Source of the DNA: Felis catus
Taxonomy: Eukaryota
Direction of reading: 5' to 3'
NCBI RefSeq assembly: GCF_018350175.1
Contig: NC_058368.1
Coordinates: 51,771,815 to 51,835,814 of the forward strand
Length of the DNA stretch: 64,000 nt
Position numbers and translations under genes: made by a program. Positions 37,001 to 48,748 of this stretch are shown one piece after another (within the stretch, counting starts at the first letter, position 1; each line of letters starts with the position of its first letter). A model generated the notes under the pieces. It worked only from the letters and a program-made list of their open reading frames with translations, made no database searches and was not told where the DNA came from.

Positions 37001-40000
37001 CTGGGGCCACACTGCCTTCATTCAAATCCTGCCACTGCCACTCAACTGGCTGCGTGATGAGAGCAAATTTATTACCCTTCTGTGCTCAGTTTCTTCTTCT
37101 GTAAAAGGATGTAAAAATAACAGCACCAGCTTCTCAGCAATGTTGCGAGCAAGAAATGAGTTTATATAACCAAATGCGTGGAAAGCACTCTGCATGTATT
37201 ATAAAGCATATTAGCACTATATAAATATTGGCTATTTTTATTTTACCCTTCTATTATGTACCCTACTCTGAAAATTTCAGGCCTGACTGCTAGTTCCCTG
37301 AAACTAGTAAATTCTGCAAGGTACTATTTAAGACAATCCTAGTCCCTTCCAAAAGGAAAAAAAAATCACAGTTGTTGGCCTTTCTTAAGGTTCTTTGTGA
37401 CCTGAGCTCTTTTGGTCTTGCTGATCATATCTATGGTTCATTTGTTACTGAACACTCTCTTTCCAAAGTAAATAACAATACTCTCTTTTCCTCATCAAAT
37501 TTGTGGTGGGGTTATATCTTGTTGGAGAATATAAATTTTGTCATGAAAGCTACACCAATATTCTGATTCTTACAATGACACCAAGAGACTTGTCATAGGA
37601 GAACATTTTGGGGACTCTAGACCCCAGAGTCTGGGGTCCTACAGACCCATCACTTGTGAATTTATGAAAATGATTTAAAATTTTTTTTATATTTATTTAT
37701 TTGAGAGAGAGAGAGAGAGAGAGAGAATGAGTTGAGGAGGGACAGAGAGAGAGGGAGACGTAGAATCTGAAGCAGGCTCCAGGCTTTGAGATGAGCTGTC
37801 ATCACAGAGCTTGATGTGGGGCTCAAACTCACGAACTGCAAGATCATGACCTGAACTGAAGTCGGACGCTTAACTGACTGAGCCACCCTGGAGCCTCAAA
37901 TTGACCAAAACAGTCTTGAACGGATTTGTACTTTTGTCCTATTGAATGTTTTGAGAGTTAAAATTTTATATTAATCTACAGCATAATTTTTCTATAATAT
38001 ATGCAAATTAATAATTCAAAACCCTCTTCTAGCTTCAAGGGGTACTCATGACCTAGTTCAATTAAGAAACTGTGAACATCTTTGCCTTGCCCAGCTGCAC
38101 TCTTGATTGCTAATGAATTAATAACTTGAGATTTGTCTTCATCTTAATTCTTTGATATCATTTTGAGGTAGCTAGGAGAATCAATTCTATCGCTAGAACA
38201 AGTAAGTCCCCAACTTTCTTTGGTTTTCACACAATTTCCTGAAGTATCAACAAAATTAAGCTATCATTTCCACATGTCTTTGTGGGGAATACATCCATCT
38301 TTTGCATGATGACAAATTTACTTGTAATTGCTTATGTCTCTATAGGTCTGTCATCGAAAGAGAAATGTGCACTTACTGCCGGCAACCACTGGGCACAGAC
38401 ACTAAAATGATTTTAGATGAATTACAAATTTGCTGCCATTCTACTTGCTTCAAGGTAAGGGTATGTTTATTGCAGTTCATTAAACACGGCATTGCATATG
38501 ACTGGGATAAAAATAATTATTTAATGAAATACATGCGATGAAGTTAAAACTTTCAGAAGAACATCCACATTAATAATGCACTACTTAAATATTTCTAGGA
38601 GTTATGCAGCCTCAACCTCAAAGGTTTATAATTACTATCTTGGCTTTAGGCTTAGAGTTGATTACTGACACATTTATTACTCTTACCCTGGAGATTTAAA
38701 TCTGTGAAAATATAAACACTTGTTCTCTTTATAAAAGTTTTTGCAACATTTTAATGAATCATGCATTACATAAAAAAATAATGAAATCCAGAAAGAAAAA
38801 GAAATTATTGAGAAGAAAGTTAGCAGCTTTTTATATGGTATATGTATTCAGGATGGATAGACCTCACAATAGTTGAAACTCAGTCTGCTTTTGAGAACGT
38901 GATTAATTCTAACTCATTGTGGCTTAGTATAATAATAATAAAGCTTATGTGGTACAATGCTTCAGTTTGTGGCTATATGCCATTTCTTTTACTTCTCACA
39001 ATAATATTGGGTAGGTCAACGGGACGGTTGTTGATGTAAACGGATGAGCACTGAACTGGAAGCCTGAAGGCCTGAGTTCGAGTTCTAACTTTCACTAACT
39101 ATGGCTATAATTTTGGACAATCACCTAATTAGCTTGGCTTCAGTTCCCTTATCTGTAAAATGGGGTAGCTGATTAGACTAGTGGTTCTTAATGCTGGCTG
39201 TATGTCATAATCATCTGGGGAAATTAGGAGAAAAACAGAATGGTTGGGGCCAGCCGCAATTAAATAAAAAATCTCAAAGATGCTTCCTTTTGGTATTTTT
39301 CAAAACTCCTTAGATAGAACTAAGGGCAGCCAATTTGAGAATCATTTGCTTAAATCCAAGGGTCCTTTTTGTGCTGACGTTCTGTGGTTGATGCAAATTA
39401 TCTAATTCAGTCAAGTAAATGTAATACTTTAACAACTGATTGCTTCTCCTTCAATTAGCTTCAGACAGTGACACATAGCACAGATATATGGTGTCTCATT
39501 TTGAGAAAAAGAATCCAATTTTAGGCCATAGTATATAGAATTCCACATAAAATAAAAGCTATTTCATTTATTTATTTGTTTGTTTGTTTGTTTGTTTATC
39601 ATTTGCTTAAAGCTATTATACAGAAAACTTTTTAAAATAAAGAGTTCTCCTGATTATGACTTTTAGTAAATAACAATAATGTCCATTTATTATATTTCAA
39701 ATGATTTGTTTCGATTTTCAATTTAATTATAAAATACTACTAACTGAAAATAAAAATGTCCCCACACTCAGAGGAAAGGATATATTATTCTATAGCCATG
39801 ATAATAGAACTACCTGGACTAATTGATCAATGACAGTTTGCTTTAGTGAACTCACCTCTGAAAGCCAACAATCAGAGACAGGCTCATGCTTGAAAGTCAG
39901 CCAGTTGGCAGGCGAACTTGTTTCCAATGAGCACAGGTCTAAGGCAGATGTCAACCCTTTTCTATCTCCATAACCAACACAACACAAAACAAACTGTTCC

Positions 40001-41995
40001 CTAAACCTTATGTAAGATCAGAAGTTGTTTTGTCCAATGAGACTGTAACTGGACAGCGTAACTTTTAGTAAGCAAACAAGTACGCTTTGTGTTTTTGTTT
40101 GAGATATTGAGTGGTGATTTTATCTTTGGCATAACCAACTTTTGAAAATTTTTATCTACTTTATTGTGAGTTCAGGAGAAACTTCAGTGGTATATATACC
40201 ACTGTACATTTTCAGAGTGGAGAGATGTTGTGAGTATTTATTTGAAAATTTCAGCAGTAGGATCATAAACAAGTGCATTCTCACTTTCCCTGTGGGTCCT
40301 CTTTCAAATCTGAGTGTTGCTATGAAGGATGGTACTGAATGAATTGAAAGGGCTTTTCTATCCCTTAAATTACAGTTAAAAGTCTACATATATAATGTGT
40401 GTAAATTTTACATATTCTTTTTTTCCTTAGTGTGAAATATGCAAACGGCCTTTGGAAAACCTACAAGCAGGTGACAGTATTTGGATTTATAGACAGACAA
40501 TACACTGTGAGCCTTGCTACTCTAAAGTTATGGGTAAGTGTTAAGCTCTTTAAGGAATGATCGCTTTTACTAATATTAATGTCCACTTAATATTGTTGAA
40601 ATGAAGGATTTCAATAAAGTAAAAAGTATTTTATCAATTCTACTTAGTTAAGAATTTAGCTGAAGATAGTTATACTATGGTAGTATTTTAGGGTATAAAA
40701 TCAGCCAGCATTTATTATTGTCTCCTGATATCAGACTGGACATAGTACAACTAGGCAAAGAGGATTTATTCTGGAAATTTTTCTATTTTTTTCTGAACAA
40801 AAATAGATCTTTTCTGCTCAAATAATTGTGTGAATTGAAGTCCATTTCTGTGAATGACCTTTCATATTTGTCCTGAAATATACGTTTGTACCTAATTTGA
40901 TTATTCCACTAACTGCTTTTTAATGTTACTTTTAAATGGGAAGTTTAGAGCTAGTTCTATATACTTCTATATTAAATACAGCATCAAGTATTTTTTGTGA
41001 GTTTAAGACCAACTTTACTATAATTTGGGCTTTTAATTGGCATAAATGGTGTGAGAAGAAAACACTAAGGACTTGAGTTTTTAATTCACTTTCTTTAAAC
41101 AGCATGAAAACTTTAAAAGTTGATTTAAAAGATATGCACAATGTACACTAAATTAGCAAAATAAAATGCTACAAAACTTGATCAGTTTTTAATAGCCAGT
41201 ATTTTATTTTTAATTCAATGGTAAGTAGATAGAATAATCAGAATGATGTTGGATAGCTGGTCAACAGCACAATGTGAAGGTGAGTTTTCTGATGCCTCAT
41301 TGGTATGGTGAATGAAGGAGGAACATGTGTGATTCTTACATGGGATCCGAAATATGGAATTTAACGACAAATGTGTGACATTAATGAGGTACTGGGAGGC
41401 TACATCTGGAAAATGCTCTGAGAAATATTCAGAAACCCACGTTCCATCAGGCTGCAGTTCCAATTACAAGAACAAACCTAATTATATTCATACTTCGCCT
41501 TCTATTTTCTGCTTTCCCTAGCCAGTTCCCATATTCCATTTTCTTCCTAATTCAGCAGCCTTATCATGATACAATATTATATCAAGGGACTTGATGTGCA
41601 TGGTGGCAGCTCTAAAACTTTCAGTCTTCCAGAAGTCCATGAAATGGTTTAGGAAATATGACTATCAAAAGACTCAGAAGTCTTTGTGCCTTCCTCCCTG
41701 ACTATGTGCACCCCATAGGCATTGCTATTTTATCGGACACAGCAGTTGTCAAGATATGACTCTCAGAGGAATCTCCTAAATATGAGCGCCAGGCATTGGT
41801 ACTTTGTGTTCATGGTATATGACCAAAAGCCAGAGTGATGAATGCAGCAGAAATAAAAAATAAAATGTTTAATCCACCACTACCCCCTTGATGAATGGCT
41901 ATTTAAAAAACTTTCGTTACAGGCTTATTTTTGTACTGAAGTTGTATTTCTAACTGGTACTTTCTTTAAATTTTTCAGCAAAGTGGATTCAATAA
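3081..41995 (+). CDS. SCEL: Sciellin, 3' part of a spliced CDS (5' exons outside window): join(3081-3140,3769-3828,9699-9758,11844-11906,16024-16083,16227-16286,16430-16486,24448-24510,32091-32162,34132-34206,38346-38454,40431-40533,41979-41995)
   Basis: Manual splicing at AG/GT boundaries gives one open frame: eight ~20-aa repeats (e.g. [40 protein letters not shown]), a linker ([12 protein letters not shown]...[21 protein letters not shown]), then a C-terminal LIM domain (CTYC...HSTCFKCEIC...CEPC) ending AKWIQ*. This matches the sciellin C-terminus as I recall it. Confidence 0.96.
3225..3400. mobile_element. MIR SINE
   Basis: MIR core: ctttgagcaagtcccttgaacactctgagctgaggcttcttt...taaaatgaggg. 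Confidence 0.6.
3769..3828 (+). CDS. SCEL: SCEL repeat exon (60 nt): [20 protein letters not shown]
   Basis: tttgtttaag|T TCC AAA...CAA GG|gtaagt. Confidence 0.93.
3984..8700 (+). mobile_element. LINE-1 (young carnivore/felid type), 5'-truncated in ORF1, full-span but disrupted ORF2, sense to SCEL
   Basis: ORF1 C-terminal fragment ends at 4597; ORF2 runs from ATG 4648 to 8460 in many frameshifted EN/RT/C-terminal pieces; RT FADD motif mutated near 6743-6755; G-rich 3' UTR, AATAAA at 8671, A tail; TSD AAATGGTTAACTA at 3971-3983 and 8701-8713. Confidence 0.97.
8791..9028 (-). mobile_element. Can-SINE
   Basis: Reverse SINE consensus ending cccaggcgtccc. Confidence 0.9.
9699..9758 (+). CDS. SCEL: SCEL repeat exon (60 nt): [19 protein letters not shown]
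   Basis: gtttaaag|G GGC CAC...CAA AG|gtgagg. Confidence 0.93.
10885..10915 (+). pseudogene. Internally deleted, frameshifting SCEL repeat exon (31 nt) with intact splice sites
   Basis: tttttttag|GATCCAAACTCATTCCCTCAGCATACACAAG|gtaggt; the 3' part reads KLIPSAYT, resembling KVIPSANKS recalled at this position of human sciellin. Confidence 0.75.
11844..11906 (+). CDS. SCEL: SCEL repeat exon (63 nt, or 60 nt from 11847): [21 protein letters not shown]
   Basis: ttttgttttag|cag|TAAAGC...GCC GG|gtaaga; NAGNAG acceptor. Confidence 0.9.
14027..14232 (-). mobile_element. Can-SINE
   Basis: Reverse SINE consensus ending cccaggcgcccc. Confidence 0.9.
14497..14565 (-). mobile_element. Very short L1 3' tail
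   Basis: gttaacatacagtgttac motif; TSD TAA(C/T)CTCACTTTA at 14484-14496 and 14566-14578. Confidence 0.7.
15067..15285 (-). mobile_element. Can-SINE
   Basis: TSD CAGTCCT(G/A)TGATTTCT. Confidence 0.92.
16024..16083 (+). CDS. SCEL: SCEL repeat exon (60 nt): [20 protein letters not shown]
   Basis: ttttcacttaaag|A AAT CGA...CGA AG|gtaata. Confidence 0.92.
16227..16286 (+). CDS. SCEL: SCEL repeat exon (60 nt): [20 protein letters not shown]
   Basis: ttctatttaaag|A AAC CAG...CAG AG|gtaatc. Confidence 0.93.
16430..16486 (+). CDS. SCEL: SCEL repeat exon (57 nt): [19 protein letters not shown]
   Basis: ctcttttgaacag|T GAA GGC...GAG CG|gtaaat. Confidence 0.92.
16577..16795 (+). mobile_element. Can-SINE
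   Basis: ggggtgcctgggtggctcag...; TSD AAAGAAGCCTTTTATT. Confidence 0.93.
18206..18291. repeat. Compound microsatellite (TCTCTG)n-(CA)n
   Basis: Seen directly in the sequence. Confidence 0.95.
19500..20080. mobile_element. L2-like ancient LINE fragment
   Basis: agagtgatcttcctgaagcacagatctgatcacgtc...tgtcttgttcac...agcacaatgcctgacaca. Confidence 0.6.
21817..22232. mobile_element. MaLR solo LTR (MLT1-like)
   Basis: tattagttttctaggg...ccataacaagtaccacagactg...agaagtccaag...attagggcctacccc...aggacttcagcatgtgaattt. Confidence 0.8.
24448..24510 (+). CDS. SCEL: SCEL last repeat exon (63 nt): [20 protein letters not shown]
   Basis: tttcacctatag|C GAC CAA...GGA AG|gtaaga. Confidence 0.93.
26870..27420 (-). 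mobile_element. Ancient L1M 3' fragment
   Basis: caaccatcaccacaatcaattttagaaca...gatggacatttg...aactctatgtttaac. Confidence 0.72.
27835..27990. mobile_element. MER5-like hAT DNA transposon remnant
   Basis: gtggttctcaacc...aattaaatcagaatatctgg...caggttattt. Confidence 0.55.
28095..28420 (+). mobile_element. Ancient L1M (L1MC-like) 3' fragment
   Basis: ggagactaaagagacatg...aaaggacatcagtggaaaaactg...ttgacaaatataccatggt. Confidence 0.6.
28595..29060. mobile_element. MaLR solo LTR (MLT1-like) with an internal 74-bp tandem duplication
   Basis: tgtatt...ccataacaaaagaccacagac...ttctggaggctagaagtccaagatcaag...caattcagtccat. Confidence 0.82.
30134..30226 (+). CDS. SCEL: Candidate additional in-frame SCEL exon (93 nt, phase 2-2): [30 protein letters not shown]
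   Basis: tctgctttcccag|G CTA GAC...CAC AG|gtacca; length is a multiple of 3, stop-free in the SCEL phase, non-repetitive. Confidence 0.55.
30559..31715 (-). mobile_element. LINE-1 insertion: 3' end on - strand (to ~31313) joined to an inverted ORF1 fragment on + strand
   Basis: ORF2 C-terminal pieces on -; ORF1-like peptide [26 protein letters not shown] on +; TSD TAA(A/G)GTCAACTTTTT at 30544-30558 and 31716-31730. Confidence 0.88.
32091..32162 (+). CDS. SCEL: SCEL linker exon (72 nt): [24 protein letters not shown]
   Basis: catgttacag|C TCC AAT...AAC AG|gtactg. Confidence 0.92.
33238..33312 (-). mobile_element. Very short young L1 3' tail
   Basis: aatttattgtcaaattggtttccatacaacacccagtgctc closely matches the reverse complement of 8638-8678. 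Confidence 0.8.
34132..34206 (+). CDS. SCEL: SCEL linker exon (75 nt): [25 protein letters not shown]
   Basis: tttgtttctag|T AAA TTA...GAT AG|gtgagt. Confidence 0.95.
34238..34447. repeat. Degenerate (TA)n/(CA)n tract just downstream of the 34132 exon
   Basis: Seen directly in the sequence. Confidence 0.9.
34901..35140 (-). mobile_element. Can-SINE
   Basis: Reverse consensus; degenerate TSD TGGT(G/A)ATC. Confidence 0.92.
35692..35875 (-). mobile_element. Can-SINE
   Basis: Reverse consensus; TSD AACA(A/G)TA(T/C)GAT. Confidence 0.9.
36990..37235. mobile_element. MIR SINE
   Basis: ttcaaatcctgcc...ttctgtgctcagtttcttcttctgtaaa. Confidence 0.65.
37675..37897 (-). mobile_element. Can-SINE
   Basis: Reverse SINE consensus. 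Confidence 0.9.
38346..38454 (+). CDS. SCEL: SCEL LIM domain exon 1 (109 nt): [36 protein letters not shown]
   Basis: tctctatag|G TCT...TTC AAG|gtaagg; CxxC...HxxC zinc ligands; contained in ORF 38302..38541. Confidence 0.97.
40431..40533 (+). CDS. SCEL: SCEL LIM domain exon 2 (103 nt): [34 protein letters not shown]
   Basis: ttttccttag|TGT GAA...ATG G|gtaagt; CxxC...CxxC zinc ligands. Confidence 0.97.
41979..41995 (+). CDS. SCEL: SCEL terminal coding exon: (A)KWIQ*
   Basis: tttttcag|CA AAG TGG ATT CAA TAA; phase 1 matches the preceding donor. Confidence 0.92.
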
Positions 41996-42975
41996 TTCTG
42001 GCACATGGAAATCAAGATAAAAGCATTTATCAGGATGTTAAAATTTTATTTTAAGAATATGTAATCTAGAAAAGTTTTCACACTGAAGATTGACTCTTGT
42101 ATACAACTAACAATTCTGCTATTGCATAAATAATCTGATTGCCTTCCATAAAGTCATATACATAAAGGAAACCATCTAATATCTGGCTAGATTTAGCCAT
42201 GAAAAATTCAAGTGGTTCCAGTTACCAATGTCAAAGGAATGATGCTTCTCATGGCAACGAGCTCTGTCAACACTAACTAGGTCCGTCTCTGCTCCGTATG
42301 TGAGCTGTGCATCGTGGTGACCATAGTAGACAAGTTTCCCTTTTTGTCATCTTTGTTTCCCTACAGACTTGAATTTACAGATATTATTGACATCCTGATG
42401 AACTGTCAAAAAAGCAAGATATGCATGTATATCTTTCACATGCAAAAGAAATGTTGATAGAATTGTTTTTTTAAACAAAGTTTGGCGGAAAGGTGTTTCA
42501 TATAAAGCTGTATGGACCTCAGAGAATCACTTGATCTTTCCAGACAAAATTATTTCTAATGTCCCTTTCTGCTCCTCAGATTATCTGATTCTAAAACACG
42601 TGTTGCTTGCTCTTTGAAAGTATATTTGAATATGTGTCTGTTAAGTATATTGAACTAAATAGGGTATCTAAACAATTTAATGTTATCCTTCAATTTACCA
42701 CAGAAATGATTTTTATAGAATATTTTAAAAACAAAAAACGTGGATTTGTGGGTAATGGGTAAAATCTCATGACATGTATAGTTTACATATTATACCTTGT
42801 TAAATTTTCTTTGCATGCATTTCAAAATCTGGGTATATGAATAATTTCTAAAAATAATGGTTATAGACTTCAGAGACATGCTCTTTGGCATATCACATCT
42901 ACTCATATTACATAGCCCTTTACAATTACAGACAGCTTATAAATAAAAATAAAATGAACTACCAGTTACACAGGA
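41996..42975 (+). other. SCEL: Putative SCEL 3' UTR (end approximate)
   Basis: AT-rich stretch without recognisable repeats between the stop codon and the tandem AATAAA. Confidence 0.6.
42942..42953 (+). terminator. Tandem polyadenylation signals AATAAA-AATAAA
   Basis: AATAAA at 42942-42947 and 42948-42953, about 950 nt after the stop. Confidence 0.6.
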
Positions 42976-44642
42976 TCTTTTCGTGAAGTGTCTATAAATA
43001 TCATTCGCTGACATTGATTTTGTCAATTACAGAGATCACAATTTATTATAGCCTATGCCATGCTGGTTAATTTAATTCTTTAGCTGCTTGAGCTGTAGCT
43101 TTTAGTTTTAAAGAGCTTTTTCTCGAGGAATTGAAAATTCAATAAGCATATGTGAGGAATGAGTATTAGTGTTAAAATTGAGAAATCGAACTTATAAACT
43201 ATTTTATATGCACATAGCAACTGCTTCTCAAAGGAAGGCACATAGAACACTGAGGGGAGGGTGGAATTTTGGGGAAGCTTAAGGTAGTTGTGAAAAACTG
43301 ACATCAACTAGGGAGAATAAATGATCATCATGTATTTTCCGAGTGTTGATAAATTTAAAGAATTATTCTTCTGTATAGTGATTCCAAGCATCTGTTCCTC
43401 TTAGGGCCTGGTCCACAAAGTGTTAAACACAAAATGCTTATCAAAATGCAGCAGTGTATAATTGTTGTCCTATGGAGAAGCAGCCAGAAAAAAACAATTA
43501 ATAATAATTTGATATTCATTAATTCATGCTTGATGAGAAGCAGTGGTAATTGAGCCATATGTTTTATTGTTCTTTTATTACATGCTATCAAAGTGGATCA
43601 AAAGAAATAATTTTCTTAGGGTTGAAATTAGTGACAGAAAAGGAAGGATGGAATAGTATCCCTGCCTTTTATATAAAGTGTATTAACATCTCAATGCCTT
43701 TGTAGTAATTAAAAATCATTTGAATATCATTTCAGAAGTATTCTACTTTTTAATGCTTCATTTAAAAAAACTTAAAAGGAACATATTTCTCACTTTTCTG
43801 TAGCTGTTTAATGGACCCTTTCTTCTATAATAATGTATTAAATTAAACCCAAAGCTGTTATAAAAATGGAATAAATATAGAGTGGAGAGATCAGGGCTTC
43901 CAATTCACGAAGACCACTTCATTTTGTCTGGGTTTATTTGCACCATCAGAATACAGATTTCTAAGACATTTGGAAGATCTCTTTTTTTTTTTTTCAGCCA
44001 GTCCATTATGTTATTATTGGCATACTTTTCCTGGACACAATTGCCTAACTCTCAGAATACCAGGTCCTGAATTCTATTGCTAATTAAGAGATACCTCTAA
44101 AAAGAATGAACTGCTGCAGCATGACAATATCCTTCTAAAAAAGCAAAATGGAAGAAATATAATAATCTTGGAAATAGAATTTGTTAAGATAGTATTCTTT
44201 GTTTTAATAAGGCGAAGAAATAAAAATGTATTGGAGAAGTAATCTGTACACCCTAATTGTCTGATTGCAACCACTCCTCTACTTAGATATGAGTGACAAC
44301 ATATGGTCCAGCTCTGACTGTCAGTGCAGAGTCGGACTTGTTTACTACCATAAAAACATCATGAGCGTTTGGAACGTTTTCCTACTCAGCTTGATTCAGA
44401 GCTCTACCAAAACAAGGGACTGTTTGGTCTACATTATGGCAAACTAACAATGATGATGTTGATTTTTATTCTTGTGTGTGTATACTACTGAATTTACTGG
44501 TTATTTTGTGACAGTGTAAATAAGTTGCCTCCACCTATTCTTAAGTACTCAGCATTTCCCAGGAGCACCCATAAATATCTCTGTTAACTTGGGCATGCCC
44601 TTTCCCTCATGGGCCTATTCACTATTTAAAATGTGAGATTTA

Positions 44643-44761
44643 AAGGCGCCTGGCTGGCTCAGTCGGTGGATCATGAGATTCTTGATATCAGGGTTGTGAG
44701 TTCAAGTCCCATGTTGGGGGTAGAGTTTACTTAACTAAAAAAAATTTTTTTTAATAAAAAT
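44643..44761 (+). mobile_element. Short tRNA-derived Can-SINE lacking (CT)n
   Basis: ggcgcctggctggctcagtcgg...gagttcaagtccc; TSD AAAATGTGAGATTTA. Confidence 0.85.
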
Positions 44762-45103
44762 AAAATGTGAGATTTAGAACATTTAGAACTTGTAGCCACC
44801 AGCTCAAACATTGCATGAATCTGGGAATCTATTCCTGCTACTTATCCCATTCTGAGATGATCTCTTTTGTTAGATGCCTAGGAGTTGTTGAATGTTTTAT
44901 ATGTATTTATTTTTTCTTTTTATCTTTTGGCCCTCTACACCCATTTCTCCTACCCCCAACCCTAACCCTTGCCTGTGGTAATCACCAGTCTATTCTCTGT
45001 ATCTATGATCTTGTTTTTGTTTTTTGCTGTTGTTGTTGTTGCTTACGATTCCACATATAAGAGAGATCATAGCGTACTTGTTGTTCTCGATCTGACATAC
45101 TTT

Positions 45104-45322
45104 TTTAAAAAAATTTTTTTTAACGTTTGTTTATTTTTGAGACAAAGAGAGACAAAGCATGAATGGGGGAGGGTCAGAGAGAGGGAGACACAGAATCTGA
45201 AACAGGCTCCAGGCTCTGAGCTGTCAGCACAGAGCCCGACGCGGGGCTCAAACTCACGGACCGCGAGATCATGACCTGAGCCAAAGTCGGCCGCTTAACC
45301 AACTGAGCCACCCAGGCACCCC
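45104..45322 (-). mobile_element. Young Can-SINE inserted in older L1
   Basis: CpGs retained; TSD GATCTGACATACTTT. Confidence 0.93.
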
Positions 45323-45925
45323 TGGATCTGACATACTTTAATTAGCACGGACCTTAAGGTCCATCATGTTGTTGCAATTCACATTTTCATTTTCTTTGGA
45401 TAACCACCAAGAAGTGGAATGGCTGGATTATAGGATAGTTTTATTTTTAATATTTTGAGGAACCTCCATACTATCTTCCATAGTAGCTGCACCAATTTAC
45501 ATTCCCATCAGCAGGGGTTTCCTTTTCTCCACCAACCCTTGTTATTTCTTTTCTTTTTGATAATAGTCATTCTAACAGGTGTGAGGTGATATCTTATTGT
45601 GGTTATCTGGCATATAGAAATGCAGAAGAGTTTTGTGTATTGATTCTGTATCCTGTAACTTTACTGAATGTGTTTATTAGTTCTAACAGGTTTTGTTTTG
45701 TTTTTAGTTCCAACATTTTTTTGATGGATTTCTATATATAATATGTCATCTGCAAATAGTGACATTTTTACCTCTTCCATTCTAATTTGGATGACTGTTA
45801 TTTCTTTTTCTTGCCTAATTGTTCTGGCTAGGACTTCCAGTACTATGTTGAATAAAATTAGTGAGTGTGAGCATCCTTGTCTTTTTCCCAATCTTAGAGG
45901 AAAAGCTCTCAACTTTTCACTATTG

Positions 45926-46178
45926 TTTTTTTTTTTTATTTTTATTTTTATTTTTTTTAATTTTTTTTAACGTTTATTTATTTTTGAGACAGAGAGAGAC
46001 AGAGCATGAACGCATGAACGGGGGAGGGGCAGAGAGAGAGGGAGACACAGAATCGGAAGCAGGCTCCAGGCTCTGAGCCATCAGTCCAGAGCCCGACGCA
46101 GGGCTCGAACTCACGGACCGTGAGATCGTGATGTGGCTGAAGTTGGACGCTTAACCGACTGCGCCACCCAGGTGCTCC
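45926..46178 (-). mobile_element. Young Can-SINE inserted in older L1
   Basis: CpGs retained; TSD TCAACTTTTCACTATTG. Confidence 0.93.
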
Positions 46179-48748
46179 ATCAACTTTTCACTATTGAATA
46201 TGGTGTTAGCTGTGCCCTTGTCATACATGACATTTATTACATTCCCTCTATACCCACTTTCTTGAGAGTTTTTATCATAAATGGGTGTTGAATGTGTCAA
46301 ATGCTTACCTGCATCTGTTGAAATGATCATATAATTTTTCTCTTTCATTTTGTTAAGGTGGTATTGACTGATCTGTGGATGTCAAACCATCCTTGTATCC
46401 CACTTGATCATGGTACAATCATGTATTATCCTTTCAATCCGTTGTTGGATTCAGTTTGCTAGTATTTTGGTAAGGATTTTTGCACCTATGTTCATCATAT
46501 ATTGGCTTATAATTTGTGGCATTTTTGTCTGGTTTGTTATCAGGATAATGCTGGCCTAATAAATGAGTTTGGAAGAGTTCTCTCCTCTTCTATTTTTTGG
46601 GGGGAGACTTTGAGAAGGATTGGTATTAATTCTGCTTTGAATGTTTGGTAGAATCCACTAGCAAAGTCATCTGGTCCTGGACATTTGTTTGTCAGAAGGC
46701 TTTTGATTATGGATTTAATTTTCTTACTAGTAATCGGTCTGTTCAGATTTTTTATTTCTTCATGATTCAGTCTTGTTAGGTTGTATGTCTCTAGGAATTT
46801 ATCCATTTCTTATAGGTTGTTCAATTTGTTGGTGTATTATTGTCCATTGCAGTCTCTTATGATTCTTGGTATTCCCGTGGTATCAGTGCAACAGTCTCTT
46901 TCATTTCTGATTTTATTTATTTGAGTCCTCTTTCTTTCTTCGTGAGTCTAACTAAAGGCTTGTCAATTTTGACTATCTTACAAAGAATCAGCTCTTAATT
47001 TTATTGATCTTTTTTTCTATTTCATTTTTTAAACTCCCATTTCATTTATTTCTGCTCTAATCTTTGTTATTTCCTTTCTTCTTCTAACTTTGGGCTTTGT
47101 TCTTCTTTTTTATAGTTCCTTGAGGTGTAATTTTAGGTTGTTTACTTGACATTTTTCTTATTTCTTGAGGTGGGCATTTATCACTATGAGCTTCCCTTTT
47201 AGAACTGTTTTTGCTACATCCCACACATTTTGGTATGCTATATTTTCATTTTTGTTTTTCTCAAAGTATTTTTAAATTTCTTTTGATTTCTCTTTGACTC
47301 ATTGATTATTCAGTAGCATGTTGTTTAATCTCCATCTATTTGTGAGTTTTCCAGTTTTCTTCATGTAATTAATTTTTAGTTTCATATTATTGTGCTTGGA
47401 AAAGATGATTTATTTGATTTTCATCCCCCCAAATTTTGTAAGACTTGTTTTGTGGCCTGATATATATTCTCTACTGGAAAATGTTTCACATAGACTTTCA
47501 AAGAATGTGTATTCTATTGCTTTTGAATGAAACGTTTTGTGTATATCTGTTAAGTCCTTCTGCTCTAACATGCCATTTAAGGCTGATGTTTCCTTATCAA
47601 TGTTCTGTCTGGATGATCTATCCTTTGATTTAAGTGGGTATTAAAGTCCCATGCTATTATTTAATTGCTGTCTATTTCTCACTTTAGGTCTGTTAATATT
47701 TGCTATATATATTTTGGTGTTCCTATGCTGGTTGCATGAATATTTACCTGTGTTATATTTTCTTGTACTTCAGAATTGCATGTTGGCTTTATCACAATAT
47801 AAATGTTTGGCACCATCTGAATCTTATTTCCTGGATCTTTATCCCATCATTTGAGAAGTCTGGCTCCTGAAAGAGATTAGTGAAATGTTGAGATACATGG
47901 GTCAGGTAAAGGTTTCAGTTTTTCACTAGAAGAGAGGAAACTAAATATCATGATTGCCTTATGAATGATATAAGAAGGACGTTTTAACATCATTGTCTCT
48001 GTAGTTTCTTTGATACATTCTTTTCCTAATAACATTGAATTGCTGGATTGTTCTAGGTGCTGTATAAAAAAATGCATAGGTTATAATCTCCCAACATTCA
48101 TTTGTTTATGCATTCATTCATTCTATTATTCAATAACTTAAAAATCTTCATTTAGATCCTATGTTCCAGTCTTAGCAATGAACAAAACAGCCAAGGTTCC
48201 TGCCCTCATGGAACAGTTTTAAAGACAAAAAATAAACACAGTAATTTCTGAAAGTAATAAGACCCGTGAAGGAAATAAAACACAGTAACTAGGTCCTAGT
48301 ATTGGCCAAAGTCAGACATTTTCTCCTTTTAAGCATAATAAAATGAAAGTTCAAAGATGCCAGGAGATGGAGATCAGCCAAAAAATGTTAAGCTTCCTCT
48401 ATTCCTCATGGAAAACAATATTCAAATACTACTCAGATAGCTTTCAAGTCTCTGCAGGGGGTGGATTATACCAAACAGCTCCTGAAATCCTGGGCCTCAA
48501 GCGGAAGTTCCTCACTTAGATAAAGGAGCCAACAGGCATGTTCTGGTGATTGTGCCAAAAAAGCTGGTGAAGGAAGAGAGGGATGTCTGAACCAGCCCTC
48601 AAATGGAGTGGAACCCATGGGTTGGGTATGACAGTTCCTCACTTCATTTGAGATACTAAGGATTAAGTCCCTTTCTGTTTTCCAAATGGAAACATGAAAC
48701 AGCCAGCATCATTTCTGATCTTGGAGAGATGTCTCATAGGGATTTTAT

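Larger units (their letters stand above)
44900..47765 (-). mobile_element. Older fragmented LINE-1 (3' UTR and ORF2 with internal deletions), interrupted by two SINEs
   Basis: Minus-strand ORFs 45661..45912 (LFADD), 46151..46348 and 46540..46806 ([17 protein letters not shown]). Confidence 0.88.

Noticed and set aside
44643..44720. tRNA gene
   Set aside because: The A/B boxes belong to a tRNA-derived SINE with an A tail and TSD.
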